A stretch of DNA of 64,000 bases, taken from Trichoplax adhaerens (lineage: Eukaryota; Animalia; Placozoa). Below, piece by piece: positions 40,201 through 52,300 of the stretch. The position numbers and the translations under genes are program-made. The first letter of the stretch is position 1. Each line of letters opens with the position of its first letter. The notes below the pieces were generated by a model. That model saw nothing but the letters and a program-made list of their open reading frames with translations, did not search any database and was not told the DNA's origin. The stretch spans positions 353,004 to 417,003 of the forward strand of contig NW_002060973.1 in NCBI RefSeq assembly GCF_000150275.1, read 5' to 3'.

Positions 40201-43200
40201 CGATGTAAGCAATGAAAAAAAATTAAATGATGATCTAATTTTCTCAGCCTAGTCTAGAACTCTGTCGTATTATTATAATAAAGTATAATCAGAAATTATT
40301 TAAAAACTTATTCTTGTTTTCGTACTTGAAAAATAGACTATTGGCAGGGAATAACATAAGCGCTATTCCGATATCGTTTTTAAAATGGAATATTTATCTT
40401 AGAACATTGTAAGTGAATCTTTTGTTAATCGATCTAATAATGACCACTTAGTATTTAAAAGAGAATTTAAGTATGGCGTAGAATAAATAAGAATTAGTCT
40501 TACATTATCCTACCGGAACCGTATCTAAATTTATGAAAAAGTATGATAAACCATATGAGAGTACTTTATATTAAATGATGCTGTCCATTATAAACTTAAC
40601 TAGTATAAGTAGAGCACAGCTAGGATATTGCGATTATTATAATAGCAGATAAATTTTATTTAACACGAATGTTTAAAATTAGTTAAGAATTCTGTGAAAG
40701 TTATTTATTGCAATTAAGCTATACTTGAAGCCTAGTCTTACGACTTTTCATTGTTTAGGTCCATTAGCAGCAACAAAATGTCACTATCTGCCATTAAACA
40801 AACCATGCGTGGCCTTTATATTGACGATGGCTGCATACCGCCATTAGTCTATAACTACGGAGAATATTACAGATGCCATCATTATTCGCTGTAAGTAAAC
40901 AATATGTCCGTAATTTTTATAATACAAATAACTTACATATAATTGCGCAAATCTTCTCGATAGGACTTGACTTCTTTTCAGTATCTAGAATATTCTTACC
41001 TCGAATGACTAATCTCATCATTTATTTTTATGCAAAACTGACTTGATCAGAGACTTGAGCGACTGTGGACTGAATAAAATTCCTTTGGATATTTTTATCC
41101 ATCTTCATGGCTTTTTAAAAGTCTTGTAAGTCAATTTAAGTGGCAACAATTATCATATATAGTTTCTTTAACCTAAAACGTTGAAAGAATCTACGAATAG
41201 GACTATAGGTATTTCATTTTTTTATCTGATTTCTTAATTAGCTTCCATTATATCAAATTTAATTTTGATGTATTGATAGTAATATTTCTATTTTCTATTT
41301 CATCGTATTACATTTTAATACTTTAATACATTTATAACAAACAAAGCCTATTAACCATTGAACAGTAAAATTTCTTACAATTAATTCAATTTTGAATACA
41401 CGAGCTTATAAAAGTAAAAATTTCATATTATCATCCACAGTTAATTTTAAGACTAATGAGAAATATACGAATGTTTTCATTTACAACTTATGTTCATAGC
41501 CTGCTAGTAACTCACAAATTCAATGAGTACTATAATTTTGAAGGATATCAACGTTTTGATTTTCTTCAATAATATCCTAAAAATTGTTACGGAAGTTTAT
41601 TGGCATCGTTTCTTTACTGGATAATTCAATGTGAGATTATCAACTGAATCAGTTGAAATACCATTAAACATCCAAAATAGGAATAAGTGTCATTTATCTT
41701 CTGCCATGAAATCTGTAACAGGTTGAAGATACCTAAAATGCTAATTTCCGCCGAAATTAGAGCATCAATTACAGCGCACCCTTATGCTAGTACCTGATAT
41801 TTCAATAATTATACAGCACTATAATGCTAATGATAGTCTATATTTCAAATTTTATTTTAATCTTCCATATTAAAATATTTTCCTTTCCACCTTATTGAGC
41901 AACAGAACACTCAATAATAACAACATCGAAAATATGGATGCGTCAGCCATATTTCGAGATAGTGATCACAATTTACGAGAACTGTAAGTTCATTTATAAG
42001 CTATTCTTTCACTTAGGTATCGTTGACAGGAATGCAACCTTTGCTGAAGTTAAATTTCTTTTGATGCAGAACATCATTTAAATAAAATATATATTATCAT
42101 TATTTTATCTATTGCTTCCTAGATAACATCGTAATGACATGCAATAAATGCTAAGTATTGACTGAATAGCTATTAAATTCCAATGTAGGCATTTGGCCAA
42201 TAACAAAATATTGAACTTCACGAATTCTAATAATATACAATTTAATGCATTAAAGATACTGTAAGTAGCAAAAGTTTGCTCTATATAAACTTTTAGACTG
42301 TGAAAATGAAATAATGATAGTCTGTATTTTTTCGAATTTCGTCAATTATTCAGAGACGTCGCTAAAAACCGGCTAACTGATATTTGCGGAAGATCAGATT
42401 TATTAGGAATCGCACCCTATGTATTCGATATGTAAGTATTCGTTTCTTAATGATTTTTAACCAAGTAGCTATAAATATGTTAATTATCTGTGGTTTATAC
42501 GTAACTACAGATATTTAGATTTCAATCAAATCCGAGTTTTAAAACCAAGATGTTTTGGAACCCTATTCAAGCTACAGAAACTGTAAGTACTATTATCGCT
42601 AAAATTTATGGAGCGAGATAACTACTCACAATTACAGTAGTTTAATAGCCTCACTGCTACTACGATATAGCTCTTGGCATAAGAGATAATGCCGTACCTC
42701 ACCATTTCATCATCAGCTACGGCCCATTTGGATACTTTATTTTATGCGAACCATTACAAATAGATAACTGTTTAAGTGATGCACTGTGTATGAAATAAAC
42801 TTTGTCGTAATTTAAATTATTCAGTTTACTTAGATTAAATATTGTACTATTTCTAATCTCATTCTCTCTAAGATCAATTAAATCGAATCCATTAGTGGCT
42901 TTAAAGGAAGTTTCATTTTATGGCTCAGCTACCTTAGGCGCGGTGTAAGTTAGATGACCATAAACATCTGATTTTGTAGATTTAATCGAAATTTTATTAT
43001 TGTTAGTTACCGGTACTGATCTAGAAGTACTCGCCAAATTTGTTACCGAAATCAGTAATATCTCAAAAAATTATCAGTTAAAGCTTCTATATAATAAGTT
43101 AAAATTGAAATATTGAAAGAGTTGCATTAATAGTTTGAATAAAATCGTACTTCGGTGGATTAACACGAATTAAACGTCGCTTCTGCGGCGATGCATGAAA

Positions 43201-45176
43201 AGATCTCAAATTGAGTAAACTTTACCCTTTCATATAACTATCCTAAAGCTAATTTCTTACAGATATGATTGTTACAATTAAATATTATAGTACTTCAAGA
43301 ACATTTGTAATCAATGTTAATATTAACTATTCATTTTGTAATTTCTTATTTCATTTGGACGATTAAATATCGGCATGTTAGAGATTCTACTCGCGCATAT
43401 TTATGCTGCATTGTTCCTGCAAAGATTACTACCTGCTCGCCATCTCCTGATTTAGATTCTGCTTCAAGTTGTGAAAATATTCTTGCTCATACGACTTTAC
43501 AATTAGCTGTTTGGATTATGGCTATCGCTGCGTTCATTGGAAATATAATGGTCATCGCCAATAATCGTTCTGATAAAACTCGCAAAACGAGCAAAGCTAC
43601 TGAATTAGTCTTCACGAATTTAGCATTGTCTGATTTCTTAATGTCAATATATCTAATTATCATTGGAATCGGCGATTTCGTATATCGTGATCGTTATGCT
43701 CACAATACTGAAGAATGGCTTAGAAGTCCTACTTGCGTCATAGCATCATTTTTAATATGTACATCAAGTTTAATGTCAGTTCTTATGATGTTGTTTATAG
43801 GCATCGATCGTTACACAATTACTTCAGATCCCTTTGCATCATCGGATACAAGATATAAAAGGACTAAAATATTACTCGTATTAGGATGGCTACTAGTAGG
43901 AGTTTTCGTAGGCATACCAGTTTTTATGAGTATTAACCAACCCGGCGACAGGCGTCTATATCAGTTAAGTTCAATTTGCTCTCCAAGTAATTTAAGCGAT
44001 CGATTCTATGCTAGTTGGACAATTTCATTTGTAGTAATTCAACTTTTATGCTGGATTTTAACTTTAGCACTTTATTTAAAATTAGTAACTATAGTAAGTA
44101 AAACGCAGCGTTCTGTTCGAAGTAGTGCTCAATCACGCAGTTTTGCCGTTGCTATTCGGATATCACTGATCATAATAACAGATTTATTGGCTTGGCTACC
44201 AGTTTATATTATTTCCGTTATGTCCATCGCACAAGGCACCCTAAATATATTCATTCTACAATTTGCTGTCATCTTAGCTATTCCACTGAATTCGGCTATT
44301 AATCCATATATTTATACGGCTACTGGAACGGCTTGTTTTTATCGCTTAACAACAACTAAGAGCAAAAGAAATTCAATGTACTATTCAGCAACACGAAATA
44401 CTTCTATGAATCAGTTTACAACTAATATCAATAAATCGAAGTTTACTAGTACTAATCGGCTTTCTAAATATGAGACTGTGATTAACGATATTGATGATCG
44501 TATTCCTGAAAAACTAGACGACAGCAATCAAGACCTTAATGAAGTTACTAACAATCAAACTGTTCAAGTAGTCAATAAGAAAGAACATAGTTCTCATTCT
44601 ACACAGCCCATCGTCACTGTAATATATTATGCTCATAATGTAGGCTTCTTATTAAGTATCCGGCGAAGTAAAAACTGTAGCACAGTTTCGTGCTTAGCTG
44701 CTAATGTATTAGCTATCAACGGCGATCTGGACTCTTCTCGTGATACAAATTTAAAAAATTGCATCATGATTGATGTTAGTAACTTCTTGCAGATTTATAA
44801 ACTGGAAAAAATAACTTGGAAAAGTGAAGAAACCGATGCAGCCGTAATTAATACCGGTATTATAAATCCTGCATTTGATGGGAATGATGATTGGAATACT
44901 AAGTTTGCTAAAAATAGAAAAGATATTTTAGCAATAAGGACTGATATAAATCATCAAGCATGTGATCGCATTGACGGAGAAGAAGACAGTGTGCAACATA
45001 ATCAACTAAGTAATGTTCAGTATAGGAACGCAGGAGTACAAGGTAGGTATTATCCTCCTTTATTTCTTACTAGAACAAAATAAATCATTGTTGTAATGGA
45101 AGTTATTTTTCATTTATTACCAGATGAACAAGATAGAAGAAGTAAAAATTCCATTGTAAGAAGCAATTCTTGGTAG
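19294..45176 (+). CDS. Giant leucine-rich-repeat GPCR (LGR; RXFP/type-C-like hinge, no LDLa module): signal peptide, LRRNT, 54 LRR exons, 7TM; ~1,958 aa
   Basis: Signal exon 19294-19357 (MALSLVLLWYCIFLINNSQGS). LRRNT exon 20272-20386 (CPKTCDC..C). Phase-2 LRR exons start at 20585, 20824, 21087, 21513, 21821, 22226, 22551, 22995, 23431, 23779, 24010, 24624, 25963, 26140, 28073, 29213, 29408, 29596, 29836, 30827, 31011, 31164, 31340, 31532, 31883, 32157, 32369, 32997, 33331, 34296, 34549, 34706, 34990, 35522, 35881, 36103, 36425, 36613, 36982, 37181, 37569, 37740, 38288, 38483, 39238, 39836, 40337, 40759, 41051, 41906, 42189, 42354, 42511, 42873. They are 66-81 nt (one is 132 nt), all multiples of 3 and stop-free. 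Hinge+7TM exon 43382-45042; last exon 45124-45176. Confidence 0.88.
26659..27169 (+). mobile_element. Possible solo LTR (unassigned family)
   Basis: TGTCAC...GTAACA ends, flanks CTAAT/CTATT (1 mismatch), AATAAA near 27066. Only one copy in the window. Confidence 0.3.
27254..27960 (-). mobile_element. Probable solo LTR (family C) in an intron of LRR-GPCR gene 1
   Basis: Minus strand runs TGTGACGG...CCGTCATCCACA, with TATATAAAGCCC (plus 27564-27575) followed by AATAAA (plus 27468-27473). GC-richer than the flanks. No TSD found. Confidence 0.55.
28548..29074 (+). mobile_element. Solo LTR family A, copy 1 (internal ~110-bp deletion)
   Basis: TGT...ACA ends with a perfect 5-bp TSD CCATA/CCATA and an internal TATAAAT. 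Highly similar to 33471-34107 and 61311-61940. Confidence 0.85.
33471..34107 (+). mobile_element. Solo LTR family A, copy 2
   Basis: TGTGACA...TGTGACA ends, flanks AATTT/AATAT, TATATAAAT at ~33902. Aligns along its length with copies 1 and 3. Confidence 0.85.
38633..39184 (-). mobile_element. Solo LTR family B, copy 1
   Basis: TGTGATA...TTACA ends, flanks TAAGT/CAAGT. Collinear with 48047-48611 and with the reverse complement of 51794-52352. Confidence 0.8.
40106..40155. other. Assembly gap (50 N) inside an LRR-GPCR intron
   Basis: Run of 50 n. The true size is unknown and it could hide further LRR exons. Confidence 0.99.
43382..45042 (+). CDS. Hinge, rhodopsin-class 7TM and long C-tail exon of LRR-GPCR gene 1
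   Basis: Hinge YLCC..CSP..D..SSCENIL as in RXFP/LGR type C. TM1 GN, TM2 NLALSDFLM, DRY, TM6 TDLLAWLP, TM7 PLNSAINPYIY. Acceptor AG at 43380-43381, so the ORF-track start at 43314 is intronic. Confidence 0.95.
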
Positions 45177-46240
45177 TTCCTAAACAAAAATGATACTACT
45201 ACTATCAATGGTTGACGTATAATACTTAGGAAAAGTTTTCATTTATTTAATTATGATATTTACTATTATTCTGCACTCAATATGACTGTAACTCGTACAT
45301 ACTTAGTAATAATATTAGGTTGCCTTTAATGTAATCATATTCTCTTTTTCATATCATGTTGGGTATTCTTTTCGATTAATTAGATTAATGTTCAATGCAA
45401 ATTCCCCAAATTTCTTGCCGATAGCATTATCATCAACACTGTTTCCTTCGGTACCGATGATATTTACTATTCTATAACCTTTCTAATACTATTTCATAAT
45501 AATAAATATTCATATTTAGCTCTTAATCATTGTAGTGATGCACCTCATATTTGATTTCACCGATAGCTATGTTTAAAGTAGCTTAGAAGAAGGTTGATTA
45601 TTAATGTAGTGTATTTAGAATATACTGTAACTATATTCTACTCTTAAATATAGACATGTTGTATTGCTCTTATATTTAGACATATCTGCAGTCCGCTTAC
45701 TTCACATTCATATATAGGCTACTGTATTTAGTTATTACAGTACTCGCTGTTTGCTACAATCATCAAATATGTTGTAACCTGTTATGGTATATGTTGTATC
45801 TAAATCTACAATCCTATTCTTTGCATGCGTTCTATCTTTAAGCTATAAACGTCGCCCTTTTCCACCTCAGAAATCGTTAGTTTCCTGGTTAGTCTTCGCA
45901 GGTTACTCACGACAGCTTGCACGCTGGTCTACCGTAACTACCTCACTGTACTTACTTAACTACTTAAAATAAAGTATAAGTTTTATACAACTTTTGGTGT
46001 ACTAAATGTAAATGGCAACTAAATCTCAATCCTCTGAGATATCGAACCCTACATCACAAGTAATATTATTCATTACAGACTATTGGTAGTATACTCCTAT
46101 CAAAATACAAGGCCAAGTCTGGGTGAATAGCTATAGAATAATTGTGAAGATGCTTGACCCTTTACATTCTAGGACATTAATAAATAAGTAAATACATCTT
46201 AAGTAAACAGATTCAAACAATGGCAACATTGATTGCTCAC

Positions 46241-47169
46241 ATGAAGATAAGTGTTGCATTCGTTTATTTTATTCTAATTGTTAGCCATTTTTTTTGTGGT
46301 AAATTGATTGATTTTAAACTATATGGGAGATACAAATAAGAGGCTCGTAATTGGTTCGAGTTCATTGTTAATAATTCAATATTACTTGACTGTTCTATAA
46401 CCCTGCAGTAATTGTTTTTATATTCTGTCTTAACTTTGACAATTATTTTGTGATAATTAGGGTTTTAGATAGATCAAGGAGTTGGATATTTTCATTTCAG
46501 TAACAGGTTAAGTTCCTTATTATGACCTGCTATTGTTTTGTAATTTTTATATGGTAGAATTTTTTTTTTTATTCGATATTTATGGAGCAGTTTAAATTTT
46601 TATAGTGTTTTGCATTTTGAATGTAGTTGTGTAAAAATAAGTGTTACAATTGCGTTAAAGTTTTAGCGAGCAATATTGAGTACCGTTACACAAATACGAA
46701 TTTAATTGCCGATATACTTATGAACCATTTACTTTTAGTCACTATATTTGATAACATTGACCTATAAGTTTGCATAGGTTCCTTTTTACTTTTTTGCTGC
46801 GAAATAATATTCGTAGATAAATACTTATCATATTTCGATAGAGATCGTAAATTGGGTGGGTAATAGTTGATAATAACATTTTTTTGATACTTACATTCTG
46901 GTATAGCCAACTGCTTAGGCCTATAATGTTCATTTACCGACACCTAGTAATTAATACGTATGCAAATTTAACACTAAATGGTATATTTTCAAAGAAAGTT
47001 TCAGATCAATTTCGCCTAAGGAGACGAATAGTTTATTGACATCCCACAACGAAAGAGGAGATCTTCGGCATTTACTGCTGTATTGCAAGACAGATGTTGG
47101 AAGGACTCGCCTGTCAGCAGGCTTGTAATGAGTAATTCCTATTCTGGAATTTTAAGGTCCAGCTTATAA
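46241..47169 (+). pseudogene. Candidate insulin/relaxin-like prepropeptide pseudogene (4 exons)
   Basis: Exon 46241-46298 MKISVAFVYFILIVSHFFC is a signal peptide (phase 1). Exon 46473-46506 DQGVGYFHFSN. Exon 46842-46900 RDRKL[G]G**LIITFF/DT[Y] is B-chain-like (LCG-x10-C). Exon 46995-47169 reads KVSDQFRLRRR../IDIPQRKRRSSAFTAVLQDRC[W]KDSP[V]SRLVMSNS[Y], a furin site followed by CC-x4-C-x8-C spacing. Only 1 of 6 Cys is intact; four are one base from TGY. Confidence 0.4.
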
Positions 47170-48046
47170 ATTTAACAGAAACAGATTCTGTTTGTTAATT
47201 TTTTGTAATTAATTAATTAATTATCAATTTTTATTTATTTAATTTCCAATTGCTTCATAAGAAATCAGCTAGAACTTGGATAAACCAATAGCAAGTGATA
47301 ATAGTAGGCATTTAAAATTGATTATATATAAACAATCACAAAATATTCGATAAAAGGATCATTTAAGCAACGAAAATTTGTTTCAGGACTGTTAAGGCCA
47401 GGGATAATCAATGTTCTGTAGTGTAATACACTTACATGCCAAGTTCGTAAATATATTTTGAAAAATATGCTTAGCATTTGTGATACGATATTAAAGTCAA
47501 ATATGCTTGAAATTTTATTAAATTCAGGGATCACATTTTCTATCAACGATATATACTGAGTAATAATGAATAGCTATTTATTATTAAGGTTTGCAATCCA
47601 TAAAAAGGAATCTGAATTACTAGAATAAAACATTCTCTACTACGGAATAAATGCGCGAGCACCGCTTTTAACCTTAAAAATATTATTTACCATGACTCCG
47701 TCTGTGGGAGAAGAAGCTACTTTTAGTCTTCTAAGAAGAACTATAGAAAAATAGCAAAAACAGCCCAGATAATCAAGTTATTCAAATCTCCATCAACAAT
47801 TCCGTAAAATGTAAACAAAAGACAATCAAATACTCCTTTAAAATATTCTACGCTGAAACTAAGATTCGTATTAGCATATGAAGAAACAGAACTATGCATG
47901 ACTGTCATTTACCGCTTTTTATGTGCACAGTGCGATAAACATATGTACAATATTTCATTATACCAGCCATCATTGTAATTCCTTTTTTGAGGACGGCGAC
48001 TATTCTACGTCACATGGCGCTTTAACTCATATTAACTTTGTACTTT

Positions 48047-48611
48047 TGTGATAAAATCTGATCACGAAAATTCCAAAGTTGTAGAAAATTAGAAGAACTT
48101 TATTAGATCTAATACAAAGACTAACCACACACAAATCTACTCTAGCCAAATATAACTACTGAAAGAATTTTAGAAAGAATAATCAGATAATCAAATGTCT
48201 CCTGTTTTTATACTCCCAGTAGCCTGCGCAGCTAGAATCATCATAACAGCATTCTACCATATTTTACACATATGTAGCTTATTATTAGTCACAATATTTT
48301 ACAGCGAACCATCAGTAATCCAATATGGAAATGATTGCAGTATTTTCGTAGATATTATTCCTACCAGTCAAAGTAAAATGAACTAAGCATATCCTGATAC
48401 ATGATTTACAATTCTATTTCTACCTCTAACGTTATTAGTGGCTCAACATCTTACTGTATATAAACATCTGTGCTCTAGCATAGAGTTTATCCTTACAGTC
48501 TATAATTATGGGCTACTAAATATATCATAAGACAAATATAGAAACCACACTACCGTACTTCAACCTAAACATGGCTAATGGCCTACAATCACAATACTAA
48601 GTTACTTTACA
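48047..48611 (-). mobile_element. Solo LTR family B, copy 2
   Basis: TGTGATA...TTACA ends with a perfect 5-bp TSD ACTTT/ACTTT. Confidence 0.85.
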
Positions 48612-49377
48612 ACTTTACATAAAATTTATGATAACATGCACATTTTTTCTATGCTATGAAATTTATTGCATTAAGAGTCACCATTATCTTCAGAAATGAA
48701 TAATTTCAAGTGTAAAACGTCATAAAAACATATGTTGCCTTATAAATATTTATATAGTTTATGAAATTATTACGTACCTGGCTGCGATTCTATAAACCTT
48801 GTGGAGTATTTGCAATACGTGGCAGTAAATCAATTATCTTTTGTCAAATTATTCTGATAGTAAAGTACAGTATTTTGTTTGAAATTGTTATTTCAATCTG
48901 TTATAATAATTATTAATTAGGAATAATATCTATTTTGCGATATCGATAACAATTAATTCGAAAGCTGTGCACGTATTGTGTTGACTTAATTTTATTTTTC
49001 TGGATCATTAACATCGATTATAAGAACGAGCTATTGTATAGCGTTCTATTAGTTTTTCACTACAGCGCCTCTTTGTTTCTCATTTGATTCTTTAATTAGG
49101 ATTTGAGGTCAAAAATGATACTATAATGATTGAAGTATATCCGCTAGATTAAAATTAATTTAATTATGAATAACATTATTATTATCTAGAAATTTCGCAA
49201 GATCATGCAAATTCTTTGGCTGATAAATTTCTGCATAATTTATCCTTACAAATTTTACAAGTTCTTTCTTATGATAAACTATTGCCTTTTCTTTAATATC
49301 CACTTCGCGTTAAAGCAGTTAGTAAACGAACCTGCAATAGATAGCTTTACGAACTTATCACGAATAGCTGGTCAATT

Positions 49378-52300
49378 ATGAAACTCTTCGTCATCTTATT
49401 TTGGTCAAATGTTTTCTTTGACTCCATACTACTGGTGTCAGGTAGGAATGTATTCTATTGGAATCAAATCTAATGTTCACAGCTAAAAATCTACAGTATG
49501 TCAGGAACATACTATAATTATAAGTAGCGAGGGATGCTATGGGAAAGCTTAATAAAATAGTAAATCTGATAAGAAATCTTAATCTTTACACCATTCCACG
49601 AGTAAAATTTGTCGCTCCTACTTAAAGGTGATAAGGTAGTGAATTGGTGAGATTTTCTTTATTTTTGATATCAATTCAAGTAAATCCAATAGTTTATTAT
49701 TTTTAAAACAGCCTTGCAAAAGGAAAGCGTAATTTACGATCTAAAAGTTGAGCCCCTAAACCATGTACCAAATGCCTAATATCAGTATTATCGAGAAAAA
49801 CATTTCTTCTGCTAATTCATGACATAAAAACTTGAACGTCTTGTATTTTACGTTAAAAGTTTGAGAAGTTTCCTTATTTTACGGTATACTACATTTTTAT
49901 TCACTTAGCCACAATTATTAGTCGTGTGCTATTGTTATTATAATGTTTATGGTTTTCTAATAAAATCAGATAGTGCATTAATATTAACTTTCTAACCAAA
50001 GACAGCAATATTTACAGATATATGAGCAGATATTCTATAACTATTACAAGATGACAGGATAAGGAAATATCCTTTTGCAGAGTATTCTTGTCATAATATA
50101 CAATTTAAAATAATGCAGTTACAATTATCGTATTCCTATAAACAAATAATTTTGACTGCTATATTCGTATATTTATCAATTCATTTCCACTGTATAATAA
50201 TAAATCGAGGATACTAGTCCTACGCTCCGTCACGATGCTGACAGATCATGCGCTCAAAACTGTTGTGCAACAGCGTAGCTCTATGTACTCCTACAATCTG
50301 TCGTGCTGCTAATGGAACATAGGGCCACAAGATCATACTCATAACTTTAAATAACAGTTGATAGATAATTATAATAGCAGGGTCAAATGTGAACTTGATA
50401 CAATAGCATTATTTAAAATAACATAGTGTGCCTTCTATATAACTAATTTATTCAACGAAAAATACACTATACCATCGACCAGGACAATCAATTTTATTAA
50501 CATTCTTGATTCAGTACGGGTATTAAGATTCCATCATCTCATTACTTTTACGATGCAAAATATCTACTAGTATAGGTCACAAATATATAGGATACACGTG
50601 TACGTATATGTTACAGGGTCATACACAGTATTATTGAGATTAGAATAAAAATATCTACGTGATTGTAACTTACTTATTATAGATTGTAGATTATCGTGGA
50701 AATATTCCGTGATAGGACATATTGTAATCTGATTATTTTGTATTAGTAATTAGATGCCTATGTTCGGGAATACTGTTGCCTTCTTTAGGTAGTAGTAGGT
50801 AAAATTAGTTTTGGATTCATTGGAAGTCTTCGAAATTAAGACTACACTAGTACAAATTCACGTCGCATTGCTGACGGTTTACGATAATGTACCCATTTGT
50901 TAATAATTAACTGATAGTATTACCATTCGACATTATATATAACCCGGTAATAGCCAGGCACTGCTATATTTACAGATATGCTTCTAGAATACTACTTTTC
51001 AATAATGCATTCTCGGATGAAATGCTATATAAAGATTAGTTAATGGTCCAAAGCACATTATGATAACTAATGTACGGCGATAGACATACCAAGTTAAGAT
51101 TAGCAGGTGCTGTAAGATATCTACAGTTCGGTACCATGTCCTTAGTACTGTGGTCAACTCTATACCAATCATTATAATGTGTCTAAGGATAGCTTGAGTA
51201 CGCAAGCAAAGCGTGCTCTGTCGATAACAACCTGTTATGTTCTTCAATAATAAGTTCACTCCGTGAGTAAGATTGATATCCGCATTTTATTATTAGTTGA
51301 TCGGTATTTATAGCTACACGAGGTTACACCACTTTATTTATGCCTTTATGGTTAAGATATGGTATTTAATCTATTACTACCTATATATACAACACAACCG
51401 TTATAAGAAAATGTAACTCTATAAAGATTCTATGTTTATTCAATTTTCATCAGAGTATTAAATCAGATCAAAATTCAAAGGCCCAGTGGCCACCCTTAGC
51501 GACATAACGAATAATATTTTAAAAATCAGTACTCTGCAGAAATTACTAGCTTAGAGCTATTCGTTTTACATGAAGAAATCTTGAGGTAAAAAGTACTGTA
51601 AGAATCTTATACTGACCTATTGAAATGAACCCATAATCAAAGTCATCTAACAGTAGTATAAATACCCCGCGTTGCTCGGGTGGGTGGGATTAACTATGAT
51701 GCCTGAAATATTGTAGGAGAGTACGTATATAAATGCAGTTTACAGTGTAGTAAAGTTAGTTCTTAACCCTTAAGATTAGCGTTTGACTTAATTTGTAACT
51801 TAAATTAGTATTAGGATTGTAGACTATTAGCTATGTTTAGTATGATGTATGGTAGCATGATTTCTATACAGTATTTAGTAGCTTATGACTATAGACTGTA
51901 GTGGGAGATGTTATGCTACTGTACAGATGACTATATATAGTAGGATGCCAAGTTACTATTGGGGTTGAAGGTAAAAATAAAGCTATAAATTATACATTAA
52001 GATATACAGTAGTTATTTCATCGTATCCTGACTGGTAGAAATTATGTCTCGTGAGTGCTTTTGTAGTTACTATATTGGATTAACGATGGTCCGCTGTAGA
52101 ACGTTGTTACTAGTAGTAATCTGAAGATGTGTAAAATATGGTAGAATGTTGCTATACCAATTTTAGTTGCCAATGCTATGAAGAGCACGTATATAAGCTG
52201 GCAACTAAGATTATTCTAGTTGTTCTTTCCAGAAGTATTTAGTAGTTGCATTCGGCTAGAGTAGAGCAGTGTATATACATTATCTTTTCGTAAGATCTAA

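Noticed and set aside
43314-43381. ORF-track start of the 589-aa GPCR
   Set aside because: Intronic read-through; the acceptor at 43380-43381 links in phase to the upstream LRR exon.
50230-50322. Cys-rich plus-strand reading (SCAQNCC..LC..IC)
   Set aside because: Interrupted, lacks splice sites, and is better explained as part of a minus-strand Helitron end.
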